From positions 1 through 62,388 of IMG/VR virus record IMGVR_UViG_3300027985_000703: a stretch of DNA of 62,388 nt. One strand, given 5' to 3'. Made by a program: the position numbers and the translations under genes. The notes beneath the pieces were generated by a model. It was not told the DNA's origin and did not search any database. It saw only the letters and a program-made list of their open reading frames with translations. Positions within the stretch are counted from its first letter, which is position 1. Each line of letters begins with the position of its first letter. The stretch comes from a virus (taxonomy: Duplodnaviria > Caudoviricetes). This document shows positions 17,466 to 26,285 of the stretch, one piece after another.

Positions 17466-17731
17466 AGAAACTGTCCGCCAAGCAATTCCTGAACGAGGAA
17501 CTGCGCCACCGCCTGCGCCACATGCGCGAAGACCTGGGGCTGTCCCGGCCGAAGATGGCCGAGCTGTTAGACCTGCCAGCGACCACGCTCAAGAACTATG
17601 AGCTGGGCTACCGCGAAACGTCCGCGCTGGTACTGCTGGCGGTGCTCAACCACGACGACGCCAGCATCCGCGCCTGGGGCGAGTACCTGACCAAGGTCGA
17701 CGCGCCGGTGCCGAAGGTGGGGGGCAACTGA
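17462..17731 (+). CDS. XRE-family HTH regulator
   Basis: LRHMREDLGLSRPKMAELLDLPATTLKNYELGYR. Confidence 0.85.
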   Translation: MKKLSAKQFLNEELRHRLRHMREDLGLSRPKMAELLDLPATTLKNYELGYRETSALVLLAVLNHDDASIRAWGEYLTKVDAPVPKVGGN

Positions 17732-18018
17732 TGCGATACGACAACATCGAAACCGCCAAAATGTGGACCCTGAACACGGGGCATGTGTCCCGTGACGAAG
17801 CCGCCATGCTGGACGACGCCAATTGCACCATCAAAGCCATGGACAGCGACTACGGGTGGTTGATTTACACCCACCAGGGGCTTGGCGAGGAAGAACTGGT
17901 GGAGTACCCGAATGTGATAGCCATCATGCGCGCCGCCGTAGACGCCGGCATCGAGTGGCTGCGCTTCGACCGCGACGCCGAGCTGTACCCAGAACACTTC
18001 CCGACATTCGACTGGTAG
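17731..18018 (+). CDS. conserved hypothetical (LNTGHVS...YGW...WLRFDRDA)
   Basis: Motif pattern resembling DUF5983-like proteins; TGATG coupling. Confidence 0.7.
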   Translation: MRYDNIETAKMWTLNTGHVSRDEAAMLDDANCTIKAMDSDYGWLIYTHQGLGEEELVEYPNVIAIMRAAVDAGIEWLRFDRDAELYPEHFPTFDW

Positions 18019-18029
18019 GAGGGCAACTG

Positions 18030-18347
18030 ATGGAGCTCAAACACTACCGCAACGGTCGCTGGTACAAAGTCCGCCCCACGGCGGCCACCGCCAAAGGCGT
18101 GCATGACCTGCTGCGCCGGGCGCTGAAAGCCCAGCTGCGCAACGCCCGCGCCAACCTGCAGACGCTCCGGTCCGTGAACAACCATTGCGCCACCGAGAAC
18201 CGTGAGCTGCGCCACCGCTGCAGCTGCCAGGCCACCACCATCGCCGCGCTGCTGGAGTTCAAGAAAGCCGTGGCGGAGATGATGGACCTCAAGGTCCACG
18301 ACGACGACCAGAAGGTGCTGAAAAAGCTGCGGAGGAACGTGCTGTGA
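18030..18347 (+). CDS. hypothetical coiled-coil protein
   Basis: AGGAGG RBS before ATG 18030. Confidence 0.7.
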   Translation: MELKHYRNGRWYKVRPTAATAKGVHDLLRRALKAQLRNARANLQTLRSVNNHCATENRELRHRCSCQATTIAALLEFKKAVAEMMDLKVHDDDQKVLKKLRRNVL

Positions 18348-18520
18348 CCCGAAATTACAGTAAGGGTGAATTCGTCACCCTGCACCGGGACGCCACCGAT
18401 GTGCAGAAAGCCCTGAACCAGTGGCGGCACCAGTACGCCATGGAGATCATCCACACCCGGTCCACTGACGGCGGCTTTATCCACATGTTGCTGTTCCGTG
18501 AGCCGCTGCCCAAGGAGTGA
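18344..18520 (+). CDS. hypothetical protein (58 aa, not in ORF track)
   Basis: GTGA coupling, GGAGG RBS; fills the gap exactly. Confidence 0.6.
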   Translation: MTRNYSKGEFVTLHRDATDVQKALNQWRHQYAMEIIHTRSTDGGFIHMLLFREPLPKE

Positions 18521-18524
18521 TGAA

Positions 18525-18770
18525 ATGAGCGCCCGTTTGAGTGAACGCCAAATCATAGTCGTCGATGAGTTCGACGGCTTTACCGAGGTCGCGCTGGACA
18601 TTTCCAGAACCGAAGCCGAGCAGATAGCCAAGGAACAGGGCTGGCATATCGAAACGGTGAACTGGGGCGATGGCACGGTAGAAACCGACGCCTTCCGCGA
18701 CCCGGACGACCAAAACAGTCCGCTGCTGATCTGCGTAGATGGCTGCCCGGCCTCCTTTTACAGTCAATAG
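18525..18770 (+). CDS. acidic hypothetical protein
   Basis: AAGGAG RBS. Confidence 0.7.
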   Translation: MSARLSERQIIVVDEFDGFTEVALDISRTEAEQIAKEQGWHIETVNWGDGTVETDAFRDPDDQNSPLLICVDGCPASFYSQ

Positions 18771-18777
18771 GTGACAC

Positions 18778-19812
18778 ATGGACAACCCCAACATAGCCGA
18801 CTTGTTAGTGGCATTGGTCAATGCCTGGAACACGCACAGCGAGGACTTCGACGCCGCGCTGGAAGAACTGGACACCCTGCGGGCCCAGCCCAAGCCCGAC
18901 CCCTGGGCCGGTGCCCGCGAAAAGGCGGCCCATGCCGCCACCCAGGCCGAATTGACCGCGGCCAAGACCCGCATCACGCAGCTGGAACTCGAAGTAGACG
19001 CCCTGCGCACCTGCCATGCCAGCGACATGCAGCGTATGAACGCGGCCAACCAGACACTGCAGACCGAGCTGGACAAAGTGCGCGGTGACTGGGCCGACAG
19101 CCGGGAAGCCCTGGCCGAAGTCCGGGAGCGGCTGGAGGCGGAATGTGCCGAGCACACGCGCAGCCTGAGCACCCTGAGCTTCGCCCGCAAGGAGTTGCGC
19201 ACGGCCCTGGCCGAGAGCGACACCCTGCGCAAGGAGGCCAAGCGCCTACGGGAGCAGGCCAAACGCAACAAGGACTCCATCGACAAGTCCCAGGCCCTCA
19301 TCAAGCGCCTGGAAGCCCAGGTGAAGGTCGCCAGCAACCGCGACTACGACGAGCTGGCCGGCCGCTATCAGCACGCCATCCAGACCCTGAAATCGAAGAA
19401 GGCGACCCAAACCTACCTGGGGGCCGTGGGCATCTTCCACAAGGGCGATCACCATGCGGTCACCTGGCCGCAGCTGATGACCCTCGAGAACCAGAAGGGC
19501 GAACGCTTCAACCAACGGCCGCTGCTGTACATGCACCAGAGCGGGCGAGGGGCGCTGCTGACCCTGGACCCGGACGACCGGACCCTGACCATGGCCAAGG
19601 CACCTGCCGGCGGGCTCAAGCCGCCAAAAGAGCTGCTGGAATTTGCCGGCGAGTGGCTGCACCGGGTCAACATCGAGCAGGGCGGGCAGATCAAGCCCCT
19701 GGACCTCGAGTGCCGCAACTACAACAAGGACCGGGCCGATGCGCTGGCCAGCAGCAACCCGGGGCTGGTGCAGGAGGTCAAGAATGCCTGTGCGAAAGCG
19801 AACGCCGCTTAG
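18778..19812 (+). CDS. long coiled-coil protein with globular C-terminal domain
   Basis: 344 aa, heptad-rich N-terminal two thirds. Confidence 0.8.
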   Translation: MDNPNIADLLVALVNAWNTHSEDFDAALEELDTLRAQPKPDPWAGAREKAAHAATQAELTAAKTRITQLELEVDALRTCHASDMQRMNAANQTLQTELDKVRGDWADSREALAEVRERLEAECAEHTRSLSTLSFARKELRTALAESDTLRKEAKRLREQAKRNKDSIDKSQALIKRLEAQVKVASNRDYDELAGRYQHAIQTLKSKKATQTYLGAVGIFHKGDHHAVTWPQLMTLENQKGERFNQRPLLYMHQSGRGALLTLDPDDRTLTMAKAPAGGLKPPKELLEFAGEWLHRVNIEQGGQIKPLDLECRNYNKDRADALASSNPGLVQEVKNACAKANAA

Positions 19813-20017
19813 CGACTGGCTGGACACACCGACCAAGATCGTCCTGCGGCAACTGTGGCGCGACGGTGTGCCCGGCCCGGAACTGGCACGCAAGTTCGAC
19901 CTGCCGATCCGGATAGTGCATCGCCTGTGCGCCGGCATCACCCAGGACACGGTCAAGCGCCAGGCCTACATCGACAACCAGGAACGGCACCGGCTGGTGC
20001 AGGGGGACGCAAAATGA
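19784..20017 (+). CDS. small HTH-like protein
   Basis: GVPGPELARKFDLPIRIVHRLC; AGGAGGT RBS. Confidence 0.7.
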   Translation: MPVRKRTPLSDWLDTPTKIVLRQLWRDGVPGPELARKFDLPIRIVHRLCAGITQDTVKRQAYIDNQERHRLVQGDAK

Positions 20018-20343
20018 CGACCAAGGAAAGGCTGCTGGCCATCTGGTACGGCTACGAAAACCAGATACCGGGTTTTCGACAGTGCTTAGGGCTGTGCTCG
20101 AACCTGATAGGGGCAACCGACGAAAACGATCTGCCGGACTTCTGGCTGGAACGCCAGAGCCAATGCTGGGGTGAACACTCAGACCGCAAATTCACACCGG
20201 TGCCGCACCCGACGGAAGCCGGGGCGGCCGCATCCAGGATTGCATACCACGACCACCACAACAAATACACGGGCGAGTACGGGCAATTGCGCCGCGAGCT
20301 GGCCTACTTCCTGGCCCACGAACTGATTGCCGAGGGCCGCTGA
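20014..20343 (+). CDS. hypothetical protein
   Basis: ATGA coupling; GLCSN...W...PVP...YTGEYGxLRRELA pattern seen in small phage proteins. Confidence 0.7.
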   Translation: MTTKERLLAIWYGYENQIPGFRQCLGLCSNLIGATDENDLPDFWLERQSQCWGEHSDRKFTPVPHPTEAGAAASRIAYHDHHNKYTGEYGQLRRELAYFLAHELIAEGR

Positions 20344-20344
20344 C

Positions 20345-20551
20345 ATGTGGAAACGCTGCACAAAAGGGGTCCGGCGTGGCCTGCCGCTGTATGTGCGGCG
20401 CGTCGACTACCGGAACAGGGAATTTGCCGTGCATCACCCGACCAGGGGCTACCTGACCATCTGCCAGGTGTCCCGCGAGAGTTGCTACAACCCGGCCCGA
20501 ATGCGTGAACTGGCGCAAAAGGCCGCTCAACTACTGACGAAGGACCAATGA
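20345..20551 (+). CDS. hypothetical protein
   Basis: ATG immediately after upstream stop. Confidence 0.6.
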   Translation: MWKRCTKGVRRGLPLYVRRVDYRNREFAVHHPTRGYLTICQVSRESCYNPARMRELAQKAAQLLTKDQ

Positions 20552-21045
20552 CCATGAACGAAGTTGCCAAGCAAGAAGCTGCCCCGACCACCGTGATCGA
20601 AATCAACGGCGTCAAGCTCGAGGTGGACCTGCGTTCCGCCCGTCGCATCGACACCCTGCGCGTGGGCGACCGTGTGAAGCTGCTGGAAAAGACCAGCTAT
20701 GGCGGACCCATCGTCCACCACGGCGTAGTCGCCGGCTTCGATCCGTTCCCGAGCCAGCCGACCATCATCGTGGCCTATTTGAAGCTGAACTACTCCGAGT
20801 CGACCATAGAGTTCGCCTACCTGAACGCCACCCCCGGCGCGGAGAACAAGTTCGAGCTGGTGGCCAGCATCGACCATGAGTTGCCGGTCGAGGAAGGTGA
20901 AATCGTGGCCAAAATGGACAGGGAGATTGCCAAGAAACAGGCCGAGATTGCCGACCTGGAGCGCAAGAAGAAGTACTTCCTGGACTGCTTCGGGGCCTAC
21001 TTCCCCGAGGCCCGCGTGCCCGTGACCGTCGACAGCGCCGAGTAA
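20548..21045 (+). CDS. conserved hypothetical phage protein
   Basis: IEINGVKLEVDLR...LRVGDRVKLL...F-x-SQPTIIVAYL; strong codon bias. Confidence 0.8.
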   Translation: MTMNEVAKQEAAPTTVIEINGVKLEVDLRSARRIDTLRVGDRVKLLEKTSYGGPIVHHGVVAGFDPFPSQPTIIVAYLKLNYSESTIEFAYLNATPGAENKFELVASIDHELPVEEGEIVAKMDREIAKKQAEIADLERKKKYFLDCFGAYFPEARVPVTVDSAE

Positions 21046-21086
21046 CCCCAAACCGGGCCGGGTAACACCGGCCCCTGGAGATGACC

Positions 21087-21461
21087 ATGGACAAGACCAT
21101 TCACTTGAACTGCTGCTCCGGCGGCACCAGTGACCTGGGCGAGTACGACCACCTGGCCCTGGGCTATGTGTGGTGCTACGACCTGGGCGAAGACGGAACC
21201 TGCTGTGAGATGGTGGACGAGGCGTTCAAGGCCCCAACCGAAAACGACCTTGCCGAGGGCGTGAAGCATCACTTCTGGACCCTGTACGGCTACCTGGAGG
21301 ACGGCAGCTGCGAGGTGCTGCACGATGAGGAAGTCCCACAGCGGATGTTCCAGAAACTGCAGGAAATATGGTTGGCCCACCCACGCTTCGCCGGCGAGGT
21401 CACGGGCTTGTACGGCCTGATGGCCCACATAGACATGGGGCCCAACCATGGAGAAGCGTGA
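21087..21461 (+). CDS. acidic Cys-containing hypothetical protein
   Basis: GGAG RBS. Confidence 0.7.
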   Translation: MDKTIHLNCCSGGTSDLGEYDHLALGYVWCYDLGEDGTCCEMVDEAFKAPTENDLAEGVKHHFWTLYGYLEDGSCEVLHDEEVPQRMFQKLQEIWLAHPRFAGEVTGLYGLMAHIDMGPNHGEA

Positions 21462-21678
21462 GTATTACGACCGCTGCGCCCAACAGGACTGGTTCTACGC
21501 CTTCGCGGACGACCCAAAAGAGTTCTGGCCGGCGGACCAGGAGCACAAGATCCTGAAAAGCCTGGCCGACTCGGACCCCGAGCTGGACACCATCTTCGCG
21601 GCCTTCTGCGAGTGGCGCAACGACCGCATCAACCACGGCTACGGGCCGGCGATGCCGAAATGGGGGCAGTTCCAATGA
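21448..21678 (+). CDS. hypothetical protein (DWFYAFADD motif)
   Basis: Resembles the common phage (H/Q)DW.Y..SDD family. Confidence 0.7.
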   Translation: MEKREYYDRCAQQDWFYAFADDPKEFWPADQEHKILKSLADSDPELDTIFAAFCEWRNDRINHGYGPAMPKWGQFQ

Positions 21679-21739
21679 CCAAGCAATACCTGACCGTGCC
21701 TGACCTGTGGGACGAGATCAACCACATAAAGGATAAAAA

Positions 21740-23740
21740 ATGAACCCGAATCTACGACCGCGCTATGCGAAGGCCATCGAGCAGATGAAGGAAGCGTTCG
21801 GTTTGGACGCCATCATCAGCCTGGACTATGAGACCTTCTACGGTAAGGGCTACAGCCTCAAAAACCGGACCTATGCCGAGTACATCATGGACCCCCGCTT
21901 CAAGGTCATGATGCTGGGGGTGGCCGAGGACAACGAACCGACGACCATCCTGGACCGGCACGAGATTGAAGAATACCTGATCGGCCTGCGCGACCGGCAA
22001 CTGGCCGGCGAGCGCCTGGGCATCATCGCCCAAAACACCGAATTCGACTCGGACATCAACCTGTGGCGGTTCGGCCTGCGCTTCGACTGGTACTTCGACG
22101 CCATGCTGATCTCCCGCCTGCGGTTCGTGAACCGTAGCGCCGCGCTCAAGGCCCACTGCGAATGCGTGTGGCCCGACGACCCGCTGATGCGCAAGGGCAC
22201 CGAGCTGGCCAGCGCCGAGGGCGTGGACGACTATCACGAGGCCGGTATCTACGAGCCCATGTCCGGCTACTGCGCCGACGACGTGGAGCTGACCCGCGCC
22301 CTGGTGTGCGAGCACTGGCTGTCCGGCCGGGTACCGATGAACGAGTGGCTGATGATGCACATCACCATCCGCGGCTCGGTGGAGCCCCAGTTCTTCATCG
22401 ACCAGCCGTTGCTGGACGAGGTGCTGGTGGACGACGCCAAGGACAAGCAGGACAAGGTGGCCGCCGCCATCGAGCACCTGAAAGCCCTGGGCATCACCGA
22501 CGTGCGGGACAAGACCTTCGCCAGCAACGACCAGTATGTGGCCCTGCTGCGCGACCTGGGCGTCACCATCCCCTACAAGCTGAACGCCAAGTTCGAGATG
22601 ACACCGGCGCTGGGCAAGACCGACCAGGAGTATGTGCAGTTCCAGATCGACCACCCGGAGCACCAGACCGTGTTCGCGGCCCGGGAGACCATCAAGTCGA
22701 CCATCGCCACCAGCCGGGCCACCCGGTTGAAGAACACCGCCAACATGCTGCCGTTGGATGGCTTCCTGCCGTTCCCGCTGAACTACCACAAGGCCCACAC
22801 CGGCCGCTGGTCGGGCGCGCAGAAGCTGAACATGCAGAACCTGCAGCGCGGATCCAAGCACCGGCTGTGTCTGCAAGCGCCGCCCGGCTACGTCATAGTG
22901 GTACGGGACTTGTCTGGCATCGAAATGCGGATGAACCTGTGGTTCTGCGAGCAGGACGACCTGCTGGAACTGGTGCGCGATGGCGGGGACATTTACTGCA
23001 AGGCCGCCGAGGGCATTTACGGACACCCTGTCAACAAAAAGGAACACCCGCTGGAACGCCAGGTAGGCAAGGTAGAAGTTCTCGGCCTGGGCTACGGCAT
23101 GGGCTGGTGTACCTTCCAGGCGACCATGGCCGGCGGCCCGATGGGCATGGACCCCATCTTCTTCCCGGACAGCTTCTGTAAGCAGGTGAAGAACGCCTAC
23201 GACCGCGACAACCCGATGATCAAGCAGATGTGGAACTTCCTGGGCAAGGTAGTCATTCCGGCCATGACGGACCCCGCCTGCGACCTGAGATTCGGCCGCC
23301 ACGGCTGCGTCCACGCCCAGCACCAGAAGATCGTGCTGCCGTCCGGCCGCGAGCTGCAGTACCCCGACCTGCACTGCCATGTCGATGAGGACGGGAAGGG
23401 GGTATGGAGCGAGTACCGCTACGACGACGGCACCCGGGACCGCTGGAAGAACGTGATCTGGAAGAAACTCTACGGCGGACTGCTGCTGGAAAACATCATC
23501 CAGGCCCTGGCCCGCGATGTGATCGCCTACCACATGGGTCTGACCGAACAAATGGTGCAGAAGGACGAGTGGGGCTGGGTAGCCGGCTCGGTACACGATG
23601 AAGTCCTGGTACTCACCGACCGCGAAAAGGCCGACCAGACCTACGACGAGATCGGCACCATCATGGCCACCCCGCCGCAGTGGTGCTTCGACCTGCCGCT
23701 GGCGTCCGAGGGCGGCTGGGCAGAGAACTACAGCAAATAA
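21740..23740 (+). CDS. polA: DNA polymerase family A with 3'-5' exonuclease
   Basis: ExoI LDYETFY, HTGRWSG, motif A RDLSGIEMR, motif B ERQVGKVEVLGLGYG, motif C VHDE. Confidence 0.95.
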   Translation: MNPNLRPRYAKAIEQMKEAFGLDAIISLDYETFYGKGYSLKNRTYAEYIMDPRFKVMMLGVAEDNEPTTILDRHEIEEYLIGLRDRQLAGERLGIIAQNTEFDSDINLWRFGLRFDWYFDAMLISRLRFVNRSAALKAHCECVWPDDPLMRKGTELASAEGVDDYHEAGIYEPMSGYCADDVELTRALVCEHWLSGRVPMNEWLMMHITIRGSVEPQFFIDQPLLDEVLVDDAKDKQDKVAAAIEHLKALGITDVRDKTFASNDQYVALLRDLGVTIPYKLNAKFEMTPALGKTDQEYVQFQIDHPEHQTVFAARETIKSTIATSRATRLKNTANMLPLDGFLPFPLNYHKAHTGRWSGAQKLNMQNLQRGSKHRLCLQAPPGYVIVVRDLSGIEMRMNLWFCEQDDLLELVRDGGDIYCKAAEGIYGHPVNKKEHPLERQVGKVEVLGLGYGMGWCTFQATMAGGPMGMDPIFFPDSFCKQVKNAYDRDNPMIKQMWNFLGKVVIPAMTDPACDLRFGRHGCVHAQHQKIVLPSGRELQYPDLHCHVDEDGKGVWSEYRYDDGTRDRWKNVIWKKLYGGLLLENIIQALARDVIAYHMGLTEQMVQKDEWGWVAGSVHDEVLVLTDREKADQTYDEIGTIMATPPQWCFDLPLASEGGWAENYSK

Positions 23741-23746
23741 CCACCT

Positions 23747-23768
23747 GGCCCCTGCGGGGGCCTTTTTT
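23747..23768 (+). terminator. intrinsic terminator
   Basis: GGCCCC-TGCG-GGGGCC-TTTTTT. Confidence 0.85.
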
Positions 23769-23782
23769 CATAGGAGGCGGTC

Positions 23783-23896
23783 ATGCAACGCGGAACCATC
23801 TGTGTGGAACGCAGCGTGCGCGGTGAACTGGTCTGGTGCCGGCTGTACTACCAGCACCAGTACCGGGAGTGGACCAGCTGTTTCAGCGTACTGTAG
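23783..23896 (+). CDS. hypothetical protein (37 aa)
   Basis: TAGGAGG RBS; MQRGTICVERSVRGELVWCRLYYQHQYREWTSCFSVL. Confidence 0.55.
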   Translation: MQRGTICVERSVRGELVWCRLYYQHQYREWTSCFSVL

Positions 23897-23907
23897 GGAG
23901 ACGGATC

Positions 23908-24510
23908 ATGATGACCCTGAAAGAGGCGTTCGAAGACTGGAAAGAAAACATCCGCCCGAGCGTCATTGAACAATACAGCGAAGACGACGAACCGGCCCTG
24001 GCCGAGTCGTGGAGCGACTACACCGACGCCCTGTGCACGGACGGCGAAATCGGCCGGCTGCAGTACCACTATTGCCCGGCCGAAGACGACCCAATGCCGG
24101 ATGACGACCGGGAGTTCATCCTGGACGCCATGGATGTAAGCATGACCTACCGCCGCGTCCCGTATCGCCACGATGGGGTACATAGCCAATGGGACAATAC
24201 AGCAAGCCACTGGGAAATCACTCTGATACGCGGCGAGCGCCGGTTCATTATCGAAGACTCCATGGGCTCGGCACACACCCCGCCGCCCTGCCGCGAGGAC
24301 GTGCTGAACTGCCTGCTGCTTGACGCCCGCGCCGGCGAGCTGGACTTTGACGACTTCGTGTCCGACGTGGGCTACGAAACCGGGGAACCCGAGGACCGGC
24401 GCAGGGCCCTGCGGATGCACCAAGCCTGTAAAGACCAGCGCCGCAACATGCGCTCCCTGTTCACGCCGCAGGAACTTGAGGACCTGGGCCAACTGTTCGA
24501 GGACTACTGA
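23908..24510 (+). CDS. acidic two-domain hypothetical protein
   Basis: GGGAG RBS; DEPALAESWSDYTDALCTDGEI N-domain and VLNCLLLDA...FDDFVSDVGY C-domain. Confidence 0.8.
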   Translation: MMTLKEAFEDWKENIRPSVIEQYSEDDEPALAESWSDYTDALCTDGEIGRLQYHYCPAEDDPMPDDDREFILDAMDVSMTYRRVPYRHDGVHSQWDNTASHWEITLIRGERRFIIEDSMGSAHTPPPCREDVLNCLLLDARAGELDFDDFVSDVGYETGEPEDRRRALRMHQACKDQRRNMRSLFTPQELEDLGQLFEDY

Positions 24511-24511
24511 C

Positions 24512-24826
24512 ATGAGCGACTTCAAAACCGGGTCCGTCATCAGCGGCACCCACCGGCTGCAGGACATCCTGCCGAAGCTGCTGGACGAGCTGCGCGAACG
24601 CAACCCGACCGCCTACGCGCAGCTGTGCCTTACGCCCTTCGGCCCCATCCCGTCGCACGCGATGGAGGATGAGAACGCCGACTGGTGGGAGGGGGACGAC
24701 CCCATCTATCTGTACGACGAACTGATAACCGAGCTGGATTACACCGCCCCCGAGGGGTACTACTTCGGCACCCATCCCGGCGACGGTTCCGATTATGGTT
24801 TTTGGAACATGGAGGATGAATCATGA
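24512..24826 (+). CDS. acidic conserved phage protein
   Basis: GSVISGTHR...APEGYYFGTHPGDGSDYGFW. Confidence 0.8.
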   Translation: MSDFKTGSVISGTHRLQDILPKLLDELRERNPTAYAQLCLTPFGPIPSHAMEDENADWWEGDDPIYLYDELITELDYTAPEGYYFGTHPGDGSDYGFWNMEDES

Positions 24827-25209
24827 GCGCAACAACCCGTCTGGACCCGAACAACCTGCCGACAGAAATCGTCACGGCCGCGGCAACCCTGCGGCGTTTC
24901 TTCCGAGAGCACAACATCACGCACTGGCAACTGGACGCGGTGTGCAGTACCGCCTCTCTGGACGAGATAAAAGACCGGATGGTGGCCTACCGAACCCAAT
25001 TGATAGGCGCTCAGGAGCGCGTGGCAGCCGAGCTGCAAAAGGCCCACGACGCCTGTAACCACGCCGCACTGAACGGCAGTATCTCCGCCCAGGTAGGTAC
25101 GCAGATGCGCCAACACACCCTTGAACGCGCCTACAGCCTGGTGCTGGGGCTGCCGGAGACCGCGGAACAGTTCGTGGACGAGCTGCGCCGCCTCGGATTG
25201 AGAAACTAG
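24823..25209 (+). CDS. hypothetical protein
   Basis: GGAGG RBS, ATGA coupling. Confidence 0.75.
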   Translation: MSATTRLDPNNLPTEIVTAAATLRRFFREHNITHWQLDAVCSTASLDEIKDRMVAYRTQLIGAQERVAAELQKAHDACNHAALNGSISAQVGTQMRQHTLERAYSLVLGLPETAEQFVDELRRLGLRN

Positions 25210-25220
25210 GAGACACGACC

Positions 25221-25299
25221 ATGAGCGCAACAATCCGTCTGGACCTACCCGAGCCGCATCGAAGCCGCCCTGGAGCTGCACGAGGTGGACAATGACTAG
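25221..25299 (+). pseudogene. internally deleted paralogue remnant of the 24823 gene
   Basis: TAGGAG RBS; first 25 nt nearly identical to start of 24823 gene; joins out of frame to SRIEAALELHEVDND-stop. Confidence 0.5.
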
Positions 25300-26014
25300 C
25301 CCTGATGCCACTGAGGTAATCGAACTATGGGTGTTTGACCACCACCCCAACCCAAAGGCCGTGCTAGACACCCAGCGCGATTGGGACGTGTGCGAGGGGG
25401 ACTGGCACGCCCATATCTACCAGATGCTGTCCGAACAATGGCAGGAAGACCTGGGCATCATCGTACCGCCCAAGCACATGCGGTTCAGTGGCTTCAGCTA
25501 CCAAGGTGACGGCGCGAGCTTCACCCGAGCGGAGATTGACTGGGCCACGCTGCTGGACAAGAAAGATGCCGAATGGGACATCAAGCGCCGGTTCCCGCTG
25601 CTAAGCAAGTTCTACAATCACCTGCCGCAGCCCTGCTTCACCGTCATCAACCACCACTACGTCCACGCCCGCACGGTGAGTATCGAAATCGAATGGAACT
25701 ACCACGACCTGGACGAACTGGGCGTCGAGTGCCTGCACCTGCAGTACCCGAACCTACCCGCCTGGTGGGAGATCCAGCGCATGGGGGACGACGCCAAACA
25801 ATGGTATCAAGACGCCAGTGAACGCTTTACCAACCGCGCCCAGCATGAGCTGAATGGCCTGGGCGAGCTGGTGATCGACCTACTGCATGAGCTGATGGAC
25901 GAGCTCTACTCAACACTGGGCGACGAGTTCGAGTATCTGACCGGAGACACCAACCTGGAAGAAGCGTTTTCCAACTCGGATTACCTGTTCGACATAGATG
26001 GCATGTTGCACTAG
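25292..26014 (+). CDS. conserved protein of FSGFxxQGDGA family (often labelled antitoxin on plasmids/ICEs)
   Basis: FSGFSYQGDGASF, HHYVHARTV, EFEYLT...YLFDIDG. Confidence 0.75.
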   Translation: MTSPDATEVIELWVFDHHPNPKAVLDTQRDWDVCEGDWHAHIYQMLSEQWQEDLGIIVPPKHMRFSGFSYQGDGASFTRAEIDWATLLDKKDAEWDIKRRFPLLSKFYNHLPQPCFTVINHHYVHARTVSIEIEWNYHDLDELGVECLHLQYPNLPAWWEIQRMGDDAKQWYQDASERFTNRAQHELNGLGELVIDLLHELMDELYSTLGDEFEYLTGDTNLEEAFSNSDYLFDIDGMLH

Positions 26015-26023
26015 CCAGCCGTG

Positions 26024-26034
26024 CAGTAACACTG
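26024..26034. promoter_or_regulatory. operator-like palindrome abutting extended -10 (TGc-TAGTAT) of replication operon
   Basis: GCAGTAACACTGCTAGTAT. Confidence 0.75.
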
Positions 26035-26064
26035 CTAGTATCAAAGGCCACCTCAACTACAAGC

Positions 26065-26283
26065 ATGAAATCCATGGACATTGCCGACTACGCCGACGAG
26101 CACATGGCGCAAGTACAGGCGGCCCGTATTGCTGAAATCCGGTCAAAGACTGGGCCAAAGCCTACGGGTCGCTGTTTTTACTGCGGGGCGCCGTTAGAAC
26201 CCGAACAATTATTCTGTGATGCCGACTGCCGCGACGACTACGAGTTCGAGCAGGCAGCCAAAGAGCGCAAGGGGAGGGTGTAG
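26065..26283 (+). CDS. TraR/DksA-like C4 zinc-finger protein (start may be 26074)
   Basis: N-terminal DIAD, CFYCG...FCDADCRDDYE. Confidence 0.75.
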   Translation: MKSMDIADYADEHMAQVQAARIAEIRSKTGPKPTGRCFYCGAPLEPEQLFCDADCRDDYEFEQAAKERKGRV

Positions 26284-26285
26284 CA

